A stretch of 64,000 bases of DNA from Auanema rhodensis (lineage: Eukaryota > Animalia > Nematoda). The stretch is from contig OZ059894.1 in assembly GCA_964057225.1 (NCBI GenBank), positions 20,832,001 through 20,896,000 on the forward strand. Direction: 5' to 3'. A program made the position numbers and the translations under genes. The notes beneath the pieces were generated by a model. That model made no database searches. It saw nothing but the letters and a program-made list of their open reading frames with translations, and was not told where the DNA came from. Below are positions 59,178 to 64,000 of the stretch, piece by piece; positions within the stretch are counted from its first letter, which is position 1; each line of letters starts with the position of its first letter.

Positions 59178-60416
59178 AGCTCAATACAAAAATTAGTTAT
59201 GATCGTTTGAAAAATGATGCATTACTGTATGTTGAGTTTCCATGTACACTCAAAATTGGTTCCAAAAACATTTTGACAAAAATTTTCCCGAAAAATTTCC
59301 AAATAATTTTATAAAAAGTAGATGTTTTTAGATTCCTTTTTTTGAGACAAAGACGATGGACATTGTTATTCAACGAAAAAATTAATTCTTCACGGTGAAA
59401 ATCGAGGATATAAGTGTGAACCTATATCATTTGATATCTCGGTGCATTTTCAAGCTAGCGCAAATCTGATAACACAGATCGACGCAGCTTAAAAATCCGC
59501 ATCGAATGCACTATACTACATTAAGAAAAGCTCAATACAAAAATTAGTTATGATCGTTTGAAAAATGATGCATTAGTGTATGTTGAGTTTCCATGTACAC
59601 TCAAAATTGGTTCCAAAAACATTTTGACAAAAATTTTCCCGAAAAATTTCCAAATAATTTTATAAAAAGTAGATGTTTTTAGATTCCTTTTCTTGAGACA
59701 AAGACGATGGACATTGTTATTCAACGAAAAAATTAATTCTTCAGGGTGAAAATCGAGGATATAAGTGTGAACCTATATCATTTGATATCTCGGTGCATTT
59801 TCAAGCTAGCGCAAATCTGATAACACAGATCGACGCAGCTTAAAAATCCGCATCGAATGCACTATACTACATTGAGAAAAGCTCAATACAAAAGTTAGTT
59901 ATGATCGTTTGAAAAATGATGCATTACTGTATGTTGAGTTTCCATGTACACTCAAAATTGGTTCCAAAAACATTTTGACAAAAATTTTCCCGAAAAATTT
60001 CCAGATAATTTAGCAAAAAGTAGATGTTTTTACATTCCTTTTTTCAAGACAAAGACGATGGACATTGTTATTCAACGAAAAAATTAATTCTTCAGGGTGA
60101 AAATCGAGGATATAAGTGTGAACCTATATCATTTGTTATCTCGGTGCATTTTCAAGCTAGCGCAAATCTGATAACACAGATCGACGCAGCTTAAAAATCC
60201 GCATCGAATGCACTATACTACATTGAGAAAAGCTCAATACAAAAATTAGTTATGATCGTTTGAAAAATGATGCATTACTGTATGTTGAGTTTCCATGTAC
60301 ACTCAAAATTGGTTCCAAAAACATTTTGACAAAAATTTTCCCGAAAAATTTCCAAATAATTTTATAAAAAGTAGATGTTTTTAGATTCCTTTTTTTGAGA
60401 CAAAGACGATGGACAT
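59178..60416. repeat. Island of a diverged satellite subfamily (~3.5 monomers, ~5% from consensus), in register
   Basis: Diagnostic alleles GAGAAAAGCTCAAT, CAAAATTGGTTCC, TTTTCCCGAAAAATTTCC, TTTTATAAAAAG, TTGAGACAAAG, GGACATTG, AACCTATATCATTTG. Monomer 170 (59321-59671) has 19 differences in 351 bp by hand count. Confidence 0.95.
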
Positions 60417-62495
60417 TGTTATTCAACGAAAAAATTAATTCTTCAGGGTGAAAATCGAGGATATAAGGGTGAACTTATATCAGTTGATATCTCGGTGCAT
60501 TTTTAAGCTAGCGCAAATCTGATAACACCGATCGACGCAGCTTCAAAATCCGCATCGAATGCACTATACTACATTGAGAAACGCTTAATACAAAAATTAG
60601 TTATGATCGTTTGAAAAATGATGCATTAGTGTATGTTGAGTTTCCATGTACACTCAACATTGCTTCCAAAAACATTTTGACAAAAATTTTTTCGAAAAAT
60701 TTCAAAATAATTTAGCAAAAAGTAGATGTTTTTAGATTCCTTTTTTCAAGGCAAAGACGATGGACAATGTTATTCAACGAAAAAATTAATTCTGCAGGGT
60801 GAAAATCGAGGATATAAGTGTGAACTTATATCAGTTGATATCTCGGTGCATTTTTAAGCTAGCGCAAATCTGATAACACAGATCGACGCAACTTAAAAAT
60901 CCGCATCGAATGCACTATACTACATTGAGAAACGCTTAATACAAAAATTAGTTATGATCGTTTGAAAAATGATGCATTAGTGTATGTTGAGTTTCCATGT
61001 ACACTCAACATTGCTTCCAAAAACATTTTGACAAAAATTTTTTCGAAAAATTTCGAAATAATTTAGCAAAAAGTAGATGTTTTTAGATTCCATTTTTCAA
61101 AGCAAAGACGATGGACAATGTTATTCAACGAAAAAATTAATTCTTCAGGGTGAAAATCGAGGATATAAGTGTGAACTTATATCAGTTGATATCTCGGTGC
61201 ATTTTTAAGCTAGCGCAAATCTGATAACACAGATCGACGCAGCTTCAAAATCCGCATCGAATGCACTATACTACATTGAGAAACGCTTAATACAAAAATT
61301 AGTTATGATCGTTTGAAAAATGATGCATTAGTGTATGTTGAGTTTCCATGTACACTCAACATTGCTTCCAAAAACATTTTGACAAAAATTTTTTCGAGAA
61401 ATTTCAAAATAATTTAGCAAAAAGTAGATGTTTTTAGATTCCTTTTTTCAAGGCAAAGACGATGGACAATGTTATTCAACGAAAAAATTAATTCTTCAGG
61501 GTGAAAATCGAGGATATAAGTGTGAACTTATATCAGTTGATATCTCGGTGCATTTTTAAGCTAGCGCAAATCTGATAACACAGATCGACGCAGCTTCAAA
61601 ATCCGCATCGAATGCACTATACTACATTGAGAAACGCTTAATACAAAAATTAGTTATGATCGTTTGAAAAATGATGCATTAGTGTATGTTGAGTTTCCAT
61701 GTACACTCAACATTGCTTCCAAAAACATTTTGACAAAAATTTTTTCGAAAAATTTCAAAATAATTTAGCAAAAAGTAGATGTTTTTAGATTCCTTTTTTC
61801 AAGGCAAAGACGATGGACAATGTTATTCAACGAAAAAATTAATTCTTCAGGGTGAAAATCGAGGATATAAGTGTGAACTTATATCAGTTGATATCTCGGT
61901 GCATTTTTAAGCTAGCGCAAATCTGAAAACACAGATCGACGCAACTTAAAAATCCGCATCGAATGCACTATACTACATTGAGAAACGCTTAATACAAAAA
62001 TTAGTTATGATCGTTTGAAAAATGATGCATTAGTGTATGTTGAGTTTCCATGTACACTCAACATTGCTTCCAAAAACATTTTGACAAAAATTTTTTCGAA
62101 AAATTTCAAAATAATTTAGCAAAAAGTAGATGTTTTTAGATTCCATTTTTCAAGGCAAAGACGATGGACAATGTTATTCAACGAAAAAATTGATTCTTCA
62201 GGGTGAAAATCGAGGATATAAGTGTGAACTTATATCAGTTGATATCTCGGTGCATTTTAAAGCTAGTGCAAATCTGATAACACAGATCGACGCAGCTTAA
62301 AAATCCGCATCGAATGCACTATACTACATTGAGAAACGCTTAATACAAAAATTAGTTATGATCGTTTGAAAAATGATGCATTAGTGTATGTTGAGTTTCC
62401 ATGTACACTCAACATTGCTTCCAAAAACATTTTGACAAAAATTTTTTCGAAAAATTTCAAAATAATTTAGCAAAAAGTAGATGTTTTTAGATTCC
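60417..62495. repeat. Copy 2 of the ~2.08-kb direct duplication flanking the island
   Basis: Same ordered markers at +3861 bp (11 x 351), e.g. TAAGGGTG at 60468. Confidence 0.88.
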
Positions 62496-64000
62496 ATTTT
62501 TCAAGGCAAAGACGATGGACAATGTTATTCAACGAAAAAATTGATTCTTCAGGGTGAAAATCGAGGATATAAGTGTGAACTTATATCAGTTGATATCTCG
62601 GTGCATTTTAAAGCTAGTGCAAATCTGATAACACAGATCGACGCAGCTTAAAAATCCGCATCGAATGCACTATACTACATTGAGAAACGCTTAATACAAA
62701 AATTAGTTATGATCGTTTGAAAAATGATGCATTAGTGTATGTTGAGTTTCCATGTACACTCAACATTGCTTCCAAAAACATTTTGACAAAAATTTTTTCG
62801 AAAAATTTCAAAATAATTTAGCAAAAAGTAGATGTTTTTAGATTCCTTTTTTCAAGGCAAAGACGATGGACAATGTTATTCAACGAAAAAATTAATTCTT
62901 CAGGGTGAAAATCGAGGATATAAGTGTGAACTTATATCAGTTGATATCTCGGTGCATTTTTAAGCTAGCGCAAATCTGAAAACACAGATCGACGCAACTT
63001 AAAAATCCGCATCGAATGCACTATACTACATTGAGAAACGCTTAATACAAAAATTAGTTATGATCGTTTGAAAAATGATGCATTAGTGTATGTTGAGTTT
63101 CCATGTACACTCAACATTGCTTCCAAAAACATTTTGACAAAAATTTTTTCGAAAAATTTCAAAATAATTTAGCAAAAAGTAGATGTTTTTAGATTCCTTT
63201 TTTCAAGGCAAAGACGATGGACAATGTTATTCAACGAAAAAATTAATTCTTCAGGGTGAAAATCGAGGATATAAGTGTGAACTTATATCAGTTGATATCT
63301 CGGTGCATTTTTAAGCTAGCGCAAATCTGATAACACAGATCGACGCAGCTTCAAAATCCGCATCGAATGCACTATACTACATTGAGAAACGCTTAATACA
63401 AAAATTAGTTATGATCGTTTGAAAAATGATGCATTAGTGTATGTTGAGTTTCCATGTACACTCAACATTGCTTCCAAAAACATTTTGACAAAAATTTTTT
63501 CGAAAAATTTCAAAATAATTTAGCAAAAAGTAGATGTTTTTAGATTCCTTTTTTCAAGGCAAAGACGATGGACAATGTTATTCAACGAAAAAATTAATTC
63601 TTCAGGGTGAAAATCGAGGATATAAGTGTGAACTTATATCAGTTGATATCTCGGTGCATTTTTAAGCTAGCGCAAATCTGAAAACACAGATCGACGCAAC
63701 TTAAAAATCCGCATCGAATGCACTATACTACATTGAGAAACGCTTAATACAAAAATTAGTTATGATCGTTTGAAAAATGATGCATTAGTGTATGTTGAGT
63801 TTCCATGTACACTCAACATTGCTTCCAAAAACATTTTGACAAAAATTTTTTCGAAAAATTTCAAAATAATTTAGCAAAAAGTAGATGTTTTTAGATTCCA
63901 TTTTTCAAGGCAAAGACGATGGACAATGTTATTCAACGAAAAAATTGATTCTTCAGGGTGAAAATCGAGGATATAAGTGTGAACTTATATCAGTTGATAT

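Larger units (their letters stand above)
1..64000. repeat. Tandem satellite DNA array, 351-bp monomer, ~182.3 head-to-tail copies, open at both window edges
   Basis: GATGTTTTTAGATTCC recurs at 1, 352, 703, 3511, 7021 and 14041 (exact multiples of 351), then at 21063, 28083, 35103 and 42123 (+2 phase), and at 49142, 56162 and 63182 (+1 phase). No unique sequence and no inversion seen. Confidence 0.99.

Noticed and set aside
59178-60416. Island as a low-quality sequencing patch or TE insertion
   Set aside because: The same substitutions recur in 3-4 consecutive monomers with no indels, unlike random error. The sequence is fully homologous to the satellite, with no TIR, LTR or short TSD.
1-64000. 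Repetitive protein gene (351 bp = 117 codons)
   Set aside because: The ORF track shows no frame open across a monomer. Divisibility by 3 is a 1-in-3 coincidence.
1-64000. CRISPR array (hairpin-containing repeats)
   Set aside because: No unique spacers; the entire 351 bp is repeated and there are no cas genes.
1-64000. Whole array as an artefactual concatemer (rolling-circle amplification or collapsed assembly)
   Set aside because: Monomers carry structured, hierarchically shared SNP haplotypes and regional zonation, which copying of a single template would not produce. Exact copy numbers still need read validation.

Overview
The whole 64 kb is one uninterrupted head-to-tail tandem array (satellite DNA) of a 351-bp monomer with about 31% GC: 182 complete copies plus 117 bp, all in one orientation. 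I found no supportable gene, RNA gene, transposon insertion or CRISPR array. The two predicted 65-aa ORFs are by-products of a single SNP. Most monomers differ from consensus by only about 1-6 substitutions, and I found only three frame-shifting 1-bp indels. The interesting content is structural. (1) A roughly 1.24-kb island of a ~5% diverged subfamily (59178-60416) sits exactly in register and is flanked by a ~2.08-kb direct duplication. (2) Shared SNPs reveal a patchwork of nascent higher-order repeats and duplications with periods of 1, 2, 3, 4, 5, 6, 7, 11 and 24 monomers. (3) The monomer is densely packed with dyad symmetries, including a 67-nt fold-back and a GNRA-capped hairpin. (4) An apparently invariant 21-bp box has partial CENP-B-box similarity. 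AT-richness, dinucleosome-like length and absence of CpG depletion fit (peri)centromeric satellite of an invertebrate, but that is inference and I do not recognise the family by name. All genotyping and counts were done by eye.
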